A stretch of 63,924 bases of DNA, the filler included, from Octopus bimaculoides (taxonomy: Eukaryota): the NCBI RefSeq assembly GCF_001194135.2. It is 6 parts of 6 records of this genome, joined end to end, with 100 filler letters (N's around TTAATTAATTAA, not from the genome) between each part and the next. Parts side by side here need not be neighbours in the genome. Positions count along the whole stretch, not along the records: positions 36,582 to 42,425 come from NC_069005.1; positions 42,526 to 56,047 come from NC_069004.1; 4 more parts are not named here. One strand, given 5' to 3'. Below are positions 37,389 through 49,540 of this stretch, piece by piece. Position 1 is the first letter of the stretch. Every line of letters begins with the position of its first letter. The position numbers and the translations under genes are program-made. Below the pieces are notes generated by a model. It worked only from the letters and a program-made list of their open reading frames with translations. It was not told the DNA's origin and made no database searches.

Positions 37389-37577
37389 CATAGGCACGCA
37401 TACACACATTCATATATACATGTGTGCATGTGTTTGTGTGTGTGTGTATGTGTAGAGAGAGACAGACAGTAAGACAGACAGACAGACAGACAGACGTACA
37501 GAGACAGAAAGACAAAGACAGTGAGACACACAGAAACACACATACACACACACACACACACATACACACACATACAG

Positions 37578-37610
<33 letters not shown>

Positions 37611-37627
37611 CATACATATATACATAC

Positions 37628-37658
<31 letters not shown>

Positions 37659-37704
37659 CATACATTCATACGTACATACATACATGCATACATACATACA
37701 TACA

Positions 37705-37735
<31 letters not shown>
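37320..37735. repeat. (TG)/(CAGA)/(CA)/(CATA) microsatellites
   Basis: Simple repeats. Confidence 0.95.
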
Positions 37736-38402
37736 TCTGTTTTTAATTATTTTGAATCTTGTAAGGAAGGATTTGGTGTCTAACAAAGACAGAAAAACTC
37801 CGTCGTAGGAACAAAACAGCGTCACATATTGTTACTGCTCCGCTTACAGTTTGTCTTTACAATATGTCTTTTAACAGGTTGATTGCGTTCTATCTTAACA
37901 CTATCTTTTCCAGAATCTCACTTAGTTTTTTCACTCACAAAGTCAAGTGCATCGATTATTATAGGTATAAATGAGAATTTATTTTCGGGATATAGAAGCT
38001 GAAGGCTTCTAAGTTATCCTTTTTCTGCTTGTTTTCCAGAAGCGATATTCACATCTGCAGGACAGCTGACCTCTCCAACGGTACATATGCTTTTTGTAGT
38101 CTTTCCCAAACAACGACATCCTGTATGCCATGTTTGCACTATGTATGTATGTATGCACTCATAAATATATATGTACGCATGCGTGTACACATGTATGCAT
38201 ATATTTATGTATCGGCACACATGTGTACAGGCATTGCTATCAATGTATATGCGGGTCTTACTACACGCCAAATTTCATGAATGTTTCACATATTTTAACA
38301 GTACCTTTGATAGCTCGTAACTATAACGATCTGGCTAGGCGCCATCTTTCTGGCTTTCTTAAGATTAGTATGCTGACACTAAATCATGTTGATATATAAT
38401 AT

Positions 38403-38813
38403 GGCAGGCATGGCTATATGGTAAGAAGCTTACTTCGCAACCACTGCATGGCACCTTAAGAAATTGTCTTCATGCAGACCAAAACCTTGTGAGTGGATTT
38501 GTAGACGGAAGCTGAAAGAAGCCCTTCGTATATTCGTATATACGTGTATGTGTGTGTGTTTGTGTGTGTTTGTGTGTATGTGTGCGCGCGAGCCTTTGTG
38601 TCTGCGTTTTTACCCACTTTCCCCGCTTAACAAACGGTGTCGGTGTGTTTACGCCCCTGTAACATAGCGGTTCGGCAAAAAGAGACCGATAGAATAAGTA
38701 CTAGGCTTACAAAGAATAAGTCCTCGGGTCGATTAGCTCGACTAAAGGCGGTGCTCCAGCATGGCCGCAGTCAAATTACTGAAACATGTAAAAGAGTAAA
38801 AGAGTAAAAGAGT
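38403..38813 (+). mobile_element. SINE family B with (AAAGAGT)n tail
   Basis: GCATGGCTATATGGTAAGAAGCTT...CCTTGTGAGTGGATTTGTAGACGGAAGCTGAAAGAAGCCC...CGACTAAAGGCGGTGCTCCAGCATGGCCGCAGTC...GTAAAAGAGTAAAAGAG. Confidence 0.92.
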
Positions 38814-38839
38814 ACTGTTTCTACTTCGCGAATTTTCAC

Positions 38840-39119
38840 CTAACGCGGCGTGTTTTGGAGCGTAACACCCGCGATAGTCGAGGAGTTGCTGTAATACCGT
38901 GATGACATTTCCGAGCTGTTACTAATGATGTGAGTGTCACCCTTAATAAAACCTGTTTCCGTTGTCGCTATGTGACGATTAATGGTTGATCTCCGCAGTG
39001 GATGTCGGCTGAATTCATTGGGATCCGAGTTAGATTTTCTTCTCGCAGCAACGACGACGCTGCCACGCCATACAACAATATCAAAGGCCACAAATGAGAT
39101 CCTGACGTGGTTACTCGAC
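38840..39119 (-). CDS. Candidate terminal coding exon (unverified)
   Basis: CpG-rich unique DNA; acceptor tatctcgcag|; open frame SSNHVRISFVAFDIVVWRGSVVVAARRKSNSDPNEFSRHPLRRSTINRHIATTETGF...LQNTPR*; no recognised homology. Confidence 0.25.
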
Positions 39120-40377
39120 CTGCGAGATATAACAGTTAACTTTCTTTCGAATCTCGCCGTACTCTCTTTTTAGAGAAAGGACAAACATCGCTTATCGTTT
39201 ACTTGTTTCAGTCATTTGACTGCGGCCATGCTAGCTAACCTAAGTGCTAAACAAATGTACTACAACACAGAACCACAACAGCTATGTCATTTATTTAGCC
39301 TCAGAAATACGATGGATGAATAAAAGAGAAGGCGTTCTGAGCTGTATGTCTTCTTTGATATAGATCTGCTCGATCGGGACTGGCCTGGTGTTAAACTACA
39401 ACAACGCGAAACAACACGGCACTAACGTTGGGAATCGAACTAACTTCCAGGTTGTTCAGACATCGTCGGCACCGTATGATTCTTCTGACTCCATTACAGC
39501 GTTTATTGATTTCAGAAACTCTCTATTCTCTCGGTCGTGTTTGTTAATCACGTCTCATTGAAATCCATACGAGTCCAATAATTAGACCGGGCTCAATGTA
39601 TTATAGACTCATTTCAGGAACCAATATGGCATATTAATGGAAGCTGAACGAATGTGCAGATATGATACCCTGTTAGAAAACTGTATGGAAGAGGAGAAGG
39701 AAAAGGAAAAGGAGGAGGCTCTATGAAAAGAAAATATATAAAAATATGAAAATATGAAATAAAAAGAAACTGCTCACCTTCGTAACTGAATCCCAGAGTT
39801 GTGTACGTTATCTTGGAACATAACCCCAAGATTGGATGGAGAAGGAAATAGATTTTTATCTCTCTATTCAGTTGAAATGTGATATGAAAATACCTTCTCC
39901 CAGTCAATTTATTATCGTCTCTTTCTTTCCCTCTCACTCTCTTTTTTCTTGCACACACACACACACACACACACACACACNNNNNNNNNNNNNNNNNNNN
40001 NNNNNNNNNNNNNNNNNNNNNNNNNNNNNNNNNNNNNNNNNNNNNNNNNNNNNCATGTTTGTGTGTCGTTTTACTTCCGCCTTTCACCCTTCTCAATTTC
40101 TATTTATTTCTATTTATAACAATTTCCCTCTTCTCCACATCCATACATCTCTATTTCTCTCCCTCTCCCTCTCTATCCATCTCCCCTCCCTCTCTCTCTC
40201 TCTCTCTTGCACTTTCTGTGTGCATGTTCATATACATATGCCTAAGTGTGTGTGTGTGTGTGTGTCTACACATTATACGAGTATGATTCGTGTGATCATT
40301 AATCTATCTTTTATATTTGTCAATATATCAATTTGCTAATTTATCAAAGTATCTGCCGATACAAACATGCACTTTAT

Positions 40378-40417
<40 letters not shown>

Positions 40418-40583
40418 ACACACACACACACTCATGCAGACACTCATACACATACACACTCATGCATACATAGATACAACACACGCACATGTATGCAAGC
40501 ATGTAGGTGCAAAATGTGGTGGAGCAAAGAGCTCACAAATACCCAAGGCAGGATAAAATATAATTTTTTAATGTTTTATTGAG

Positions 40584-40633
40584 GCTAAAAAATTCACAAA
40601 ATGTTACTCAGAGTTTCACTGAACTGATCATCG
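40584..40633 (+). CDS. Candidate 50-nt exon (unverified)
   Basis: Consensus donor G|gtaagt, weak GAG acceptor after a T-rich tract; LKNSQNVTQSFTELII; ends in phase 1. Confidence 0.15.
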
Positions 40634-41057
40634 GTAAGTAACGGTTTGTGCATNNNNNNNNNNNNNNNNNNNNNNNNNNNNNNNNNNNNNNNNNNNNNNN
40701 NNNNNNNNNNNNNNNNNNNNNNNNNNNNNNNNNNNNNNNNNNNNNNNNNNNNNNNNNNNNNNNNNNNNNNNNNNNNNNNNNNNNNNNNNNNNNNNNNNNN
40801 NNNNNNNNNNNNNNNNNNNNNNNNNNNNNNNNNNTATATATATATATATGGAGACATACAAGGAAACGGAACGAAAACAAACATGGCGGGTCGTTAGACC
40901 AGAACGAGAGGAAAATAGTGAGCGCTGGGAGAAATACTTTCTTTGAAAAGAGAAAAGATAGAAGAGGGAAAATAAGTCCAGTCCTTTGAACGTCCGTGCA
41001 GGAAAAGATGTCACGTGAGGAAAAGAAAGATGGACGATGGTCACATGTGAGCAACGA

Positions 41058-41175
41058 GAGAGGGAAAAAGAAATAGAGAGGGAAAAAGAAGTAGAGAGGG
41101 GAAAAGAAGTAGAGAGGGAAAAAGAAATAGAGAGGGAAAACGAAATAGAGAGGGAAAAAGAAATAGAGAGGCAAA
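41058..41175. repeat. 18-bp purine-rich minisatellite (AGAGGGAAAAAGAAATAG)
   Basis: About six degenerate units. Confidence 0.85.
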
Positions 41176-41263
41176 GAGAGCGAGAGACAGATATACATAC
41201 ATACATACATACATACATACATACNNNNNNNNNNTACATACATACATACATACATACATACAT

Positions 41264-41388
41264 ACAACGGGCTTTCACTTTCCGTCTACCAAATCCACTC
41301 ACAAAGTTTTGGTCGGCCCAAGGTGCCCGGCAGTGGGACTGAACCCGGAATCCTGTGGTTGGGAAGTAAAGTTCTTACCACACAATCA
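41264..41388 (-). mobile_element. SINE family B head half
   Basis: CAACGGGCTTTC...CCGTCTACCAAATCCACTCAC...GTGGGACTGAACCCGGAA...GGTTGGGAAG...CTTACCACAC. Confidence 0.9.
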
Positions 41389-41817
41389 CAAAATGTGAGA
41401 GAGTACATTTATAATGTATTAAGTCACATCTTTTTACGTACGTTTCATTACCATCAGTAACAGAACGTAAATTACATAATCAAGACCTCATATCAACTCG
41501 TCAGAGACATGTAACTTTTACAGATAACATCGTTTCAACCCAATGTCACACGTCTCTTTCTTCTTATTACCACGGTTATGGGAGATGCGATAAGAAGAAC
41601 TTTTCCTCTGAGTTTTCTACGCCTGTTTCGTAATGAGACGCTCAGTACAGACTGCAAGCACTACATTTCAAAACTTTTAATTTGCATGTATTAGAATTTA
41701 GCATCCACGTTTCTGCGGTTGGGAAAAGAGAAGAATGTTGTACTACCTAACATTGAGTTACTGACAGATATTCTATTATTCTGTTATTCTGTTATTCTAA
41801 CATGTTGTCTGTTCTAG

Positions 41818-41938
41818 GCAGTGTTTCAAATTTGGAAAATTTGAAACACTACCTAGAACATGCTTTTGCTATAAATCTTCTCGCGTCTTCTGAACAATTT
41901 CCTACAATTCTAAGGAGCAACAAAACCCTAGTGACATG
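41818..41938 (+). CDS. Candidate 121-nt internal exon (unverified)
   Basis: Acceptor ttctaacatgttgtctgttctag| with a branch-like CTAAC, donor TG|gtatgt; one open frame GSVSNLENLKHYLEHAFAINLLASSEQFPTILRSNKTLVTW, phase 1 to 2. Confidence 0.3.
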
Positions 41939-42584
41939 GTATGTTCCAGAAACATCGTATCATCATTTCTTGAGTAGGTGACAGGCTCTTAATACTTACA
42001 CCGTATATATCTTTATAGCCACTTCTTGTTTTCTTTTTCTCTTTTATCAAATTCTTTGCCATTCTGCTTTTGTTGATATTCTCATATGTTCTGTTTGTCA
42101 AAGGTCATGAATATTGTCGTTTCTTAGCATATCCAATAACGAAGGAAAAAAGCATCAGCTATTTATCTAAGTCGTTCACTTCTTTTCTAGAAAGAGGCAA
42201 GATACCGTATGTGTGTGTGTGTGTGTGAGTGTGTGAATGTATAAATAAGAGGGTATTTATGTACGTATACATGTGTGTGCATATATATAAATATATATAT
42301 ATACATATATATATATGTGTGTGTATGTGTGTGTGTGTGTGTGAGTGTGTGAATGTATAAATAAGAGGGTATTTATGTACGTATACATGTGTGTGCATAT
42401 ATATAAATATATATATATACATATANNNNNNNNNNNNNNNNNNNNNNNNNNNNNNNNNNNNNNNNNNNNTTAATTAATTAANNNNNNNNNNNNNNNNNNN
42501 NNNNNNNNNNNNNNNNNNNNNNNNNTTTATATATATAGATTGAATAAAAACAGTTATTGAAGAATTTCGTGTATTACTCTTTTA

Positions 42585-42702
42585 CTCTTTTATTCTTTTA
42601 CTCTTTTACTTGTTTCAGTCATTTGAGTGTAGCCATGCTGGAGCACCGCCTTTAGTCGAGCAAATCGACCCCAGAACTTATTCTTTGTAAGCCTAGTACT
42701 GC
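42585..42702 (-). mobile_element. SINE family B tail
   Basis: (TTTTACTC)n then TTGTTTCAGTCATTTGA...GCCATGCTGGAGCACCGCCTTTAGTCGAGCAAATCGACCCC. Confidence 0.9.
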
Positions 42703-44320
42703 CTCTCAGAGATTACTGTTGCTCAAAATGACGCCCAACGTCATCAAATGTGAGGTTTAATTGTCAACCATTTGGGCCACACTGAGCATGTTCTGCGGTC
42801 CCTTCGATCCCTTCGTTAGTCCGCCCACCTGTACATGCAATAATTTAATGGTTGATTTAGGAAGTACGTTTAAGTAGAGTACAAACGTTTCAGCACTATA
42901 AAGAAATCATTTGTGCAGGTTGTTCAGCAAAGTACAGGAATCACTTTTCTGGGACTCGAAAGTCTACCAAGAGATTGGGCTCCACTTCCGCCCTGCCAAA
43001 ACGCATACAGCTATCTATCTTCTGATACTATAAAAGGATTTTTTAAACTTTGAGCAAAATAACACAAGAAACAACGAAAGAAACCTACAAAACAGTAGCA
43101 GAGCAGATGTTAAAATAAAACCGTCGAATGCAAGCGCACGCACACACAAAATCATACACACATACACACACACACCTTCTGAGGGTGCAGTCAAGAAATC
43201 ATATGAATGTAACTTTAACACAAGGTTGCACATATGAGGGGAGAGAATTAATCGGTCATATCGATCTTAGTTCTTCATTCTTGTATCTCAGGTGGGTCAT
43301 TATGCCAATAGGAAACACAGCACACACACTGGTTCAATTTCACCGACTAGTTAGTAGTTTAAATAATTAGCCGATTAACAAATAATAAAGAAGTGAAATT
43401 GAAACAGTGCGTGTGTTTACTATTGGCCAGATGACCTGTCCGAGATACAACAAAATCTGTCTCAGCATACCATTTGATATCAAGAATCTTGCAAAACAAA
43501 TACAAAAGCGAAACGTTCTTCACTGGTTCCTGTTTTATTGATTCCATGAAAATGATTGAAAACGTCGACCGTAGTGAAGCGGCATCGATGTTGTGATTGT
43601 GATGCTGTGGGTGTGATGTTGTGACAGTCATGTTGTGCTTGGTAGTGTTGCTGTGAAAATGGTATTGTTGGTAAAGGTAGTTGTGCTGTATGTTGTTGTT
43701 AGTATTGTTGTTATTGTTGTAGTTGTTGGTGGTGGTGGTGGCAGTTATATGGCGGTGGTTAGGGTGTAGTGGTGGTGGTGGTGGTGGTGATAGTGATTGT
43801 GCTGATGGCGGCGGTATGGCGGAAGCTAAGGTTAAAGGAATTTTGAATCCAATTTGGAAATTAAAATCGTTGTTCTCTTTCCCGTTGCTGTCACAGATGG
43901 CATGTAGAGGAAGGTGGAGGGTAAGGGTGGGAGGAGAAGATGAAGGAATTTGGAAATGGGGAAAGGAGGGTAGGAGAGAGGTGAAAAGTTGACAGTACAA
44001 TAATGTATTGGATTCGGTTTGGCTGTAACATAATGTATACACATACACACACTCATACATATGTACATACATACACGTACACATGTACGCGCGCGCACAA
44101 GCACACGTACACACACACACGCACGCACACATACAAACACACACAAACATGGTAGAAGTGAAAAATTGAATTCGTGACCGAGCAAGACCACCTCCTAAAC
44201 TCTGTAAGTCCATGTAAATGATCCGAGAAACCAAGAATTTCTCGTGTGTGAATTTGTTCCGAGTGGATAAAGAGTTACTCAGCACTGAGCCCACTTTTCA
44301 GAGCAATCATCCATCTATAA

Positions 44321-44591
44321 CAGTGGTCCCCCAACTTTTTCGGGCTGCCGCCCCCTTGTCACTCGGGCCACATTCCTACCACCCAACCACCCCTACCCAG
44401 CATCACAAACGTAGGCCACTTTCTGTAGCAAATCCAAAACAACCATATTTCACAAATAAAACTTAACCTAATTAACCCATTATTTACGGGTGGGGGTTAC
44501 ATCCATCGTCCGTTTTTGGCCACCATATTATTGCCCAACTTTTCTTCAACACTTCTCTTGATCTTTCTACCGTCCACTTTGGAAACCACTT
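44321..44591. mobile_element. hAT (Charlie-type) MITE with 8-bp TSD
   Basis: TSD ATCTATAA at 44313-44320 and 44592-44599; TIRs CAGTGGTCCCCCAAC / TTTGGAAACCACTT. Confidence 0.8.
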
Positions 44592-44754
44592 ATCTATAAT
44601 AACAGTGGCACAACACAGGCTGAGGCAACCAGAAGCCAAGACCACTTCAGGGTTTTTTTTAATCTGCATTTACCTTCTAGAAGGAAGTTCTAACGAGAAG
44701 TAAGGATTCTTGACTCCCCATAGTTTACAGGCTAATTGAGCCATAGCTGGGGCC

Positions 44755-44895
44755 TTAACAGGTGCTACTACTCAGGGTCAGAGTAGTCACAGGAACGAAT
44801 AGTGGCTAAGAGGTCCTTCCAAACTCTTCAAAACTCTGGAAAACACATAACAAGACCCCTCTATCGAGTGCCGTTTGAAGTCATACTCAAGACAC
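44755..44895 (+). mobile_element. Possible RTE-X LINE 3-prime UTR fragment
   Basis: ACAGGTGCTACTACTCAGGGTCAGAGT...GTCATACTCAAGACAC resembles RTEX 3-prime UTRs; from memory only. Confidence 0.3.
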
Positions 44896-45051
44896 TTACA
44901 CACACGCACACATACACACACATACAAACACACAAATAAGATATATATNNNNNNNNNNNNNNNNNNNNNNNNNNNNNNNNNNNNNNNNNNNNNNNNNNNN
45001 NNNNNNNNNNNNNNNNNNNNNNNNNNNNNNNNNNNNNNNNATATATATATA

Positions 45052-45162
45052 TATATATATACGACGGGCTTCTTTCAGTTTCCGTTTATCAAATCCACTC
45101 ACAAGGCTTTGGTCAACCCGAAGCAATTGTAGACACCTGCTCAAAGTGCCACAGTGGGACGG
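45052..45162 (-). mobile_element. SINE family B core fragment
   Basis: ACGACGGGCTTCTTTCAGTTTCCGTTTATCAAATCCACTCACAAGGCTTTGGTC. Confidence 0.9.
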
Positions 45163-45344
45163 TGTGTCCGTGTGTGTGAGTGTGTGTCAGTGCATACACA
45201 CACGCACACACACACACACGCACACACATATATATACACACACAGAGAGCAGTATTTCACGACGACATGTAATTATTAGTATACTACTCTACTCTCTTCA
45301 AACCAGTAAAAAGGTTTATTTATCTATTTATTTCTTTCTTTCTT

Positions 45345-45732
45345 TCAGATTCGTCATGGCAGATAAAATACTAAGACAAGAAATGAAAAGACATGCAATC
45401 GTTGTTACCATATGTGCGGAACGTAGCAGTTTAGGAATTGTCAACTTTCTAATTGTTGCAAGATCTTTTGTCACAAAGTCAGATGCAATTGGAAACCTCT
45501 GGCAGAAATGTTTCAACTGTATCAAAGAAAGAAGATATAAAACAAAAAACAAACAAACAAAACAAAACAAAACAAAAAAAACAGATTCTAAACGTTGTAA
45601 CAATATAAGGACACCACAATTCAGCCGACGGGTACACAACATTATCGATGGTGATCCCGGAAAATCAATGAGGGCTATCGACAAAGTACTTTAGGTGTCA
45701 GAGTGGACTGTCAGAACTTGTGGTGCACAAGG
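45345..45732 (+). mobile_element. Tc1/mariner (maT-like) transposase N-terminal fragment, decayed, with (AAAC)n expansion
   Basis: MADKILRQEMKRHAIVV...RTPQFSRRVHNIIDGDPGKSMRAI.KVL*VSEWTVR, an HTH pattern typical of maT-type transposases. Confidence 0.75.
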
Positions 45733-47384
45733 ACAGTCGATACAAGATGTATGTACAGAAGTTGTTTCTAAAGTGTGCATGTGTGTGTGTGTGTGGTGTG
45801 TGTGTGTGTGTGTGTGTTTGTGTGTGTGCTTCTGCATGTAGGGTAGGCTGGAAAAGGGAGAAGTGCTGGTTGTAGATATCTCTTGGATGGAGATTTTTGA
45901 GTCATAGTCGTTATTCTCTTCCATCGACGTTGCTGCTGCTGATGTTGTTGTTACTGTTGCTGCTGCTGCTATTACTGCTGTTGATGATGTTCGTAGAGAT
46001 TCTGTGTTGTTATTGTTGCTCCTGCTTTACTCTTGCTGTTACCGTGGCAACTGCGTCCGTTGTTGCACGCTGTTGTTGTTGTTGTTGTTGCAACGATCGT
46101 TTCAGTAGCAGTAGGACAGAAGGCTGTCACATGGTTGTTTGTTCAACTCCTCCTTTACCCTATCTACCTGCTACTGCTGGATGTCCTCTCATATATCGCG
46201 GGGGGGGGGGCTCTTTCTACTTGTGCGTTCGTGGCTGTCTCCAGGCCAAGAATTTAAAACCCTTTAATATTCAGATTTGTCCGTCAAACGTGATGCATAT
46301 TTGTTCACATTGTTTTGAATTAATCAAGTATTATCGTATAGCTTCAAGATTAATAGGATGTGATTATTTATTTTTAGATTGACATTGTAGGCTAGTTGTA
46401 AGAGGCCTGATCAGGTTGGTTCGAACATAAAACTTGGAGAATATTTTGGCTGGATATGGCCACTTTAAATGCTAAAGAGTTAAAAACACGCAGGAATGAA
46501 TTACTGGCATCCCAGTTGCAGCTATGTTTCAGGCTGGAGCACCGGGACTGCTCTTTTCTCAGTTTCCTTATATCGAGTAGAATCTTTTAATTTGGCCCGT
46601 TTGTTTTCTAAGCAGAGGCAGCATAACTCCCTTGTGGAAGTCGCACCCACGAGGGAGACCTTGTGAAGACTGCCGCTACTGATGCTCTTGTTGCTGGAGA
46701 TGGTGTTAAGGTTAGGGTTAGGGTTAGAAGTTTTTGCTCTGTCACTGTTGTTGCTTCCATTGCTGCTGACATTGATACCGCTGCTGTTGTTGCTACTACC
46801 GCTGCTGGTGTTTCTGCTGCTGCTACAATATATTTACTGAATGTTTTCTAAAACCAATTTAAACATTTTAAAAAACTATAATTCGAACCGAAAACTGTGA
46901 AGTGAGATATCACTCGCCTACATACTCTAACCTCTGGTATTATCTCTCATCTCGGCTTTAACTACTACTACCACTACTACAACTACTGCATTGTCTATTC
47001 ACACGTCTCTGTTCCCCTCTCCATATAGTGTCCTCTACAGGTCAACACTCACTAAACACTCCTCCTTTTTTTTCTTCCTTTTAGAGTGTCGAACTTCTGT
47101 AATCCTCTTCCCCACTGCCCATAGCTTTTCTACAACTGTCGAAATGCAACGGATACAAAATTGACATTAACGACATGTTAGCCTTCCGACAGAAGTTGAA
47201 GCTATCGGAGGTCCTTCGAAAGGCCTTGAGTACTGAGTACATGCGTAACTAAGTACTGAGTACACGCCTAACTAATAGGGAAACATGGCCTATACATTTC
47301 AGCTAAGCTGTTGTGACAAACATAACGATTTGGACAGCCCTCCTAGGACGGCTGAGAGCAGTTATATCCTTTTTTTTACTGTAT

Positions 47385-47965
47385 ATTTTACGTCAGTCAT
47401 TGGACTGCGGCCATGTTGGAGCACTGACTTAAAGCGTTTAGACTAGTGGACCTCAATAGCCATTTGATGTTTAAAAACTAGTTTTATTGAAACTTCTTTC
47501 AAAGAACTGTGAATCTCCAATTAATTATTTTGGTTGCATGGACCCCAAAATATCTTATATGCACCCCACCGAAATCAAATGGATCCCAGTGGAGAACTAC
47601 TGGTTTAGACGAACAAATTAACCCGAGTACTTAATTTTAAGTCCTATTCTTATTCTACCGATCTTTTGTCGAACCGCCAAGTTACGGGAGCACAACTACA
47701 AACACAGAAATACACACACACATAAATAGATTGATAGACGGATAGACAGACAGACAGATAGATAGATAGATAGATAGATAGATAGGTAGATAGATAGATA
47801 GATAGATAAACGACAGGCTTTATTCAGTTTCCATCTAGCAAATCCACTCAAAGCTTTTGGTAGCCTCGGAACTATAGTGGAAGTCACTGGCCTTAGGTGT
47901 CACGCAGTGGGGCTGAACCCAAGGCCGCATGATTCAAAGACAAGCTTCTCAACCAGGCAGCTACG
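47385..47965 (-). mobile_element. SINE family B, interrupted by an hAT MITE, internal (GATA)n
   Basis: Tail CAGTCATTGGACTGCGGCCATGTTGGAGCAC resumes after 47610; core CAGTTTCCATCTAGCAAATCCACTC; head GCAGTGGGGCTGAACCC. Confidence 0.85.
47444..47602. mobile_element. hAT MITE with perfect 8-bp TSD, nested in SINE-B
   Basis: TSD GTTTAGAC at 47436-47443 and 47603-47610; TIRs TAGTGGACCTCAA / GGAGAACTACTG. Confidence 0.85.
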
Positions 47966-48417
47966 TTCGAGCCTCTTTTTTCTTTTATTCGCGACGTATT
48001 TTGAAGTAAATAAAAATATTTTGACGCGTTTTGCGCCTAAAATAAAAACGAAACTCCAATTTTTTTTTAGCTATTTCTATATTCTTGCTTATAAATATAA
48101 ATAATTTCAAGNNNNNNNNNNNNNNNNNNNNNNNNNNNNNNNNNNNNNNNNNNNNNNNNNNNNNNNNNNNNNNNNNNNNNNNNNNNNNNNNNNNNNNNNN
48201 NNNNNNNNNNNNNNNNNNNNNNNNNNNNNNNNNNNNNNNNNNNNNNNNNNNNNNNNNNNNNNNNNNNNNNNNNNNNNNNNNNNNNNNNNNNNNNNNNNNN
48301 NNNNNNNNNNNNNNNNNNNNNNNNNNNNNNNNNNNNNNNNNNNNNNNNNNNNNNNNNNNNACATTTCACACACACACACACACACACATTATATATGTCA
48401 TATTATATACATATATA

Positions 48418-48469
<52 letters not shown>

Positions 48470-49156
48470 CATACACATATAATACGTAATATATATGTGT
48501 GTATGTATATACATATGTATGTGTGTAATGTGTATATATTTATGTAAATATTTGTATATACATATATAAAATTTATATATATATACATGCCTACATAATA
48601 CATATATACACATATAGATGCTTGTGTGTGAGTGTGTGTATCTACGTTTATATATAAATGCCAACACACGAAGCTCTCGGGTCTTGAGTTACTCTGTTGC
48701 TTCTGCAAAATATTCATAAAAATATACGTATACTCATATTTTGAGTATGCGCATATTTTTATTAATATTTAGCGCATATATATATATATATATATACATA
48801 GAGAGAGAGAGAGAGATACGGATACATACGTACATACATACATACGTACATACATACATACATACATAATGTATGAGTTAGTGGGTGCGTGTCTGCGTTT
48901 GTGTAAGCTCACTGATTAAGCGTAAGGAGTGGAAATACCTTATGAAGTGAGGAGATGTAGAAGGAAATTGAAAGGTAAAGTTCGTCTAGAAGTATGTAAG
49001 AGAGAAGGCGGGTCAGGTAATTATTAGGAATTGAACGAAATGGGGAGGAGGGATATCGCTTCAGGAATGGGTTGCAACACCTGGGGAATTTTCTTGTAGT
49101 GGAAGATATAAATTAAAATGGTCATATAAGCACTGAAATGCATATAGAGGTGGCAG

Positions 49157-49540
49157 GCGCAGGATCAGGCTGTGGCGTAAGTAGTTTACTTCCCAAGCAT
49201 ATGGTTCTGGGTTCAGTTCCACCGTGTGGCACATTTGGCAAGTGACTTCTGCTGTAGCCTCAGGCCAATCAAAGCCTTGTGAGTTATATCTGGTAAACGG
49301 AAATTGAAAGAAACTTGTCGTACAGCATGTGTACGACGCGCTTCTTCCAGTGTGTGTGTGCTTGTGTGTGTCTGTGTGCTTGTGTTTATTCGCCATCTGA
49401 CTACCAGTGTTGGTTTGTTTACGTCTCTGTAACGTCAGCGGTTTGGCAAACGACTCCGATAGAATAAGACGAGGCTTAAAAAGAATTAGTACTGGGATCA
49501 ATTCGTTTGACCAAAAGTCTACAATGACAGAAACAAGGTA
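49157..49540 (+). mobile_element. SINE family B
   Basis: GGCGCAGGA...GGCTGTGGCGTAAG...GGGTTCAGTTCC...CAAAGCCTTGTGAG...GGAAATTGAAAGAA...GTTTACGTCTCTGTAAC...GATAGAATAAG. Confidence 0.88.

Noticed and set aside
40594-40653. KPLLTDDQ mariner-like motif on the minus strand
   Set aside because: Eight residues next to a gap with no further transposase similarity.
42205-42425. About 112-bp near-identical tandem duplication
   Set aside because: Microsatellite-bounded and at a contig end; likely assembly redundancy.
43359-44294. 311-aa minus-strand ORF
   Set aside because: Mostly (TG), (CCA) and (CAA) low-complexity sequence; the unique ends match nothing I recognise.
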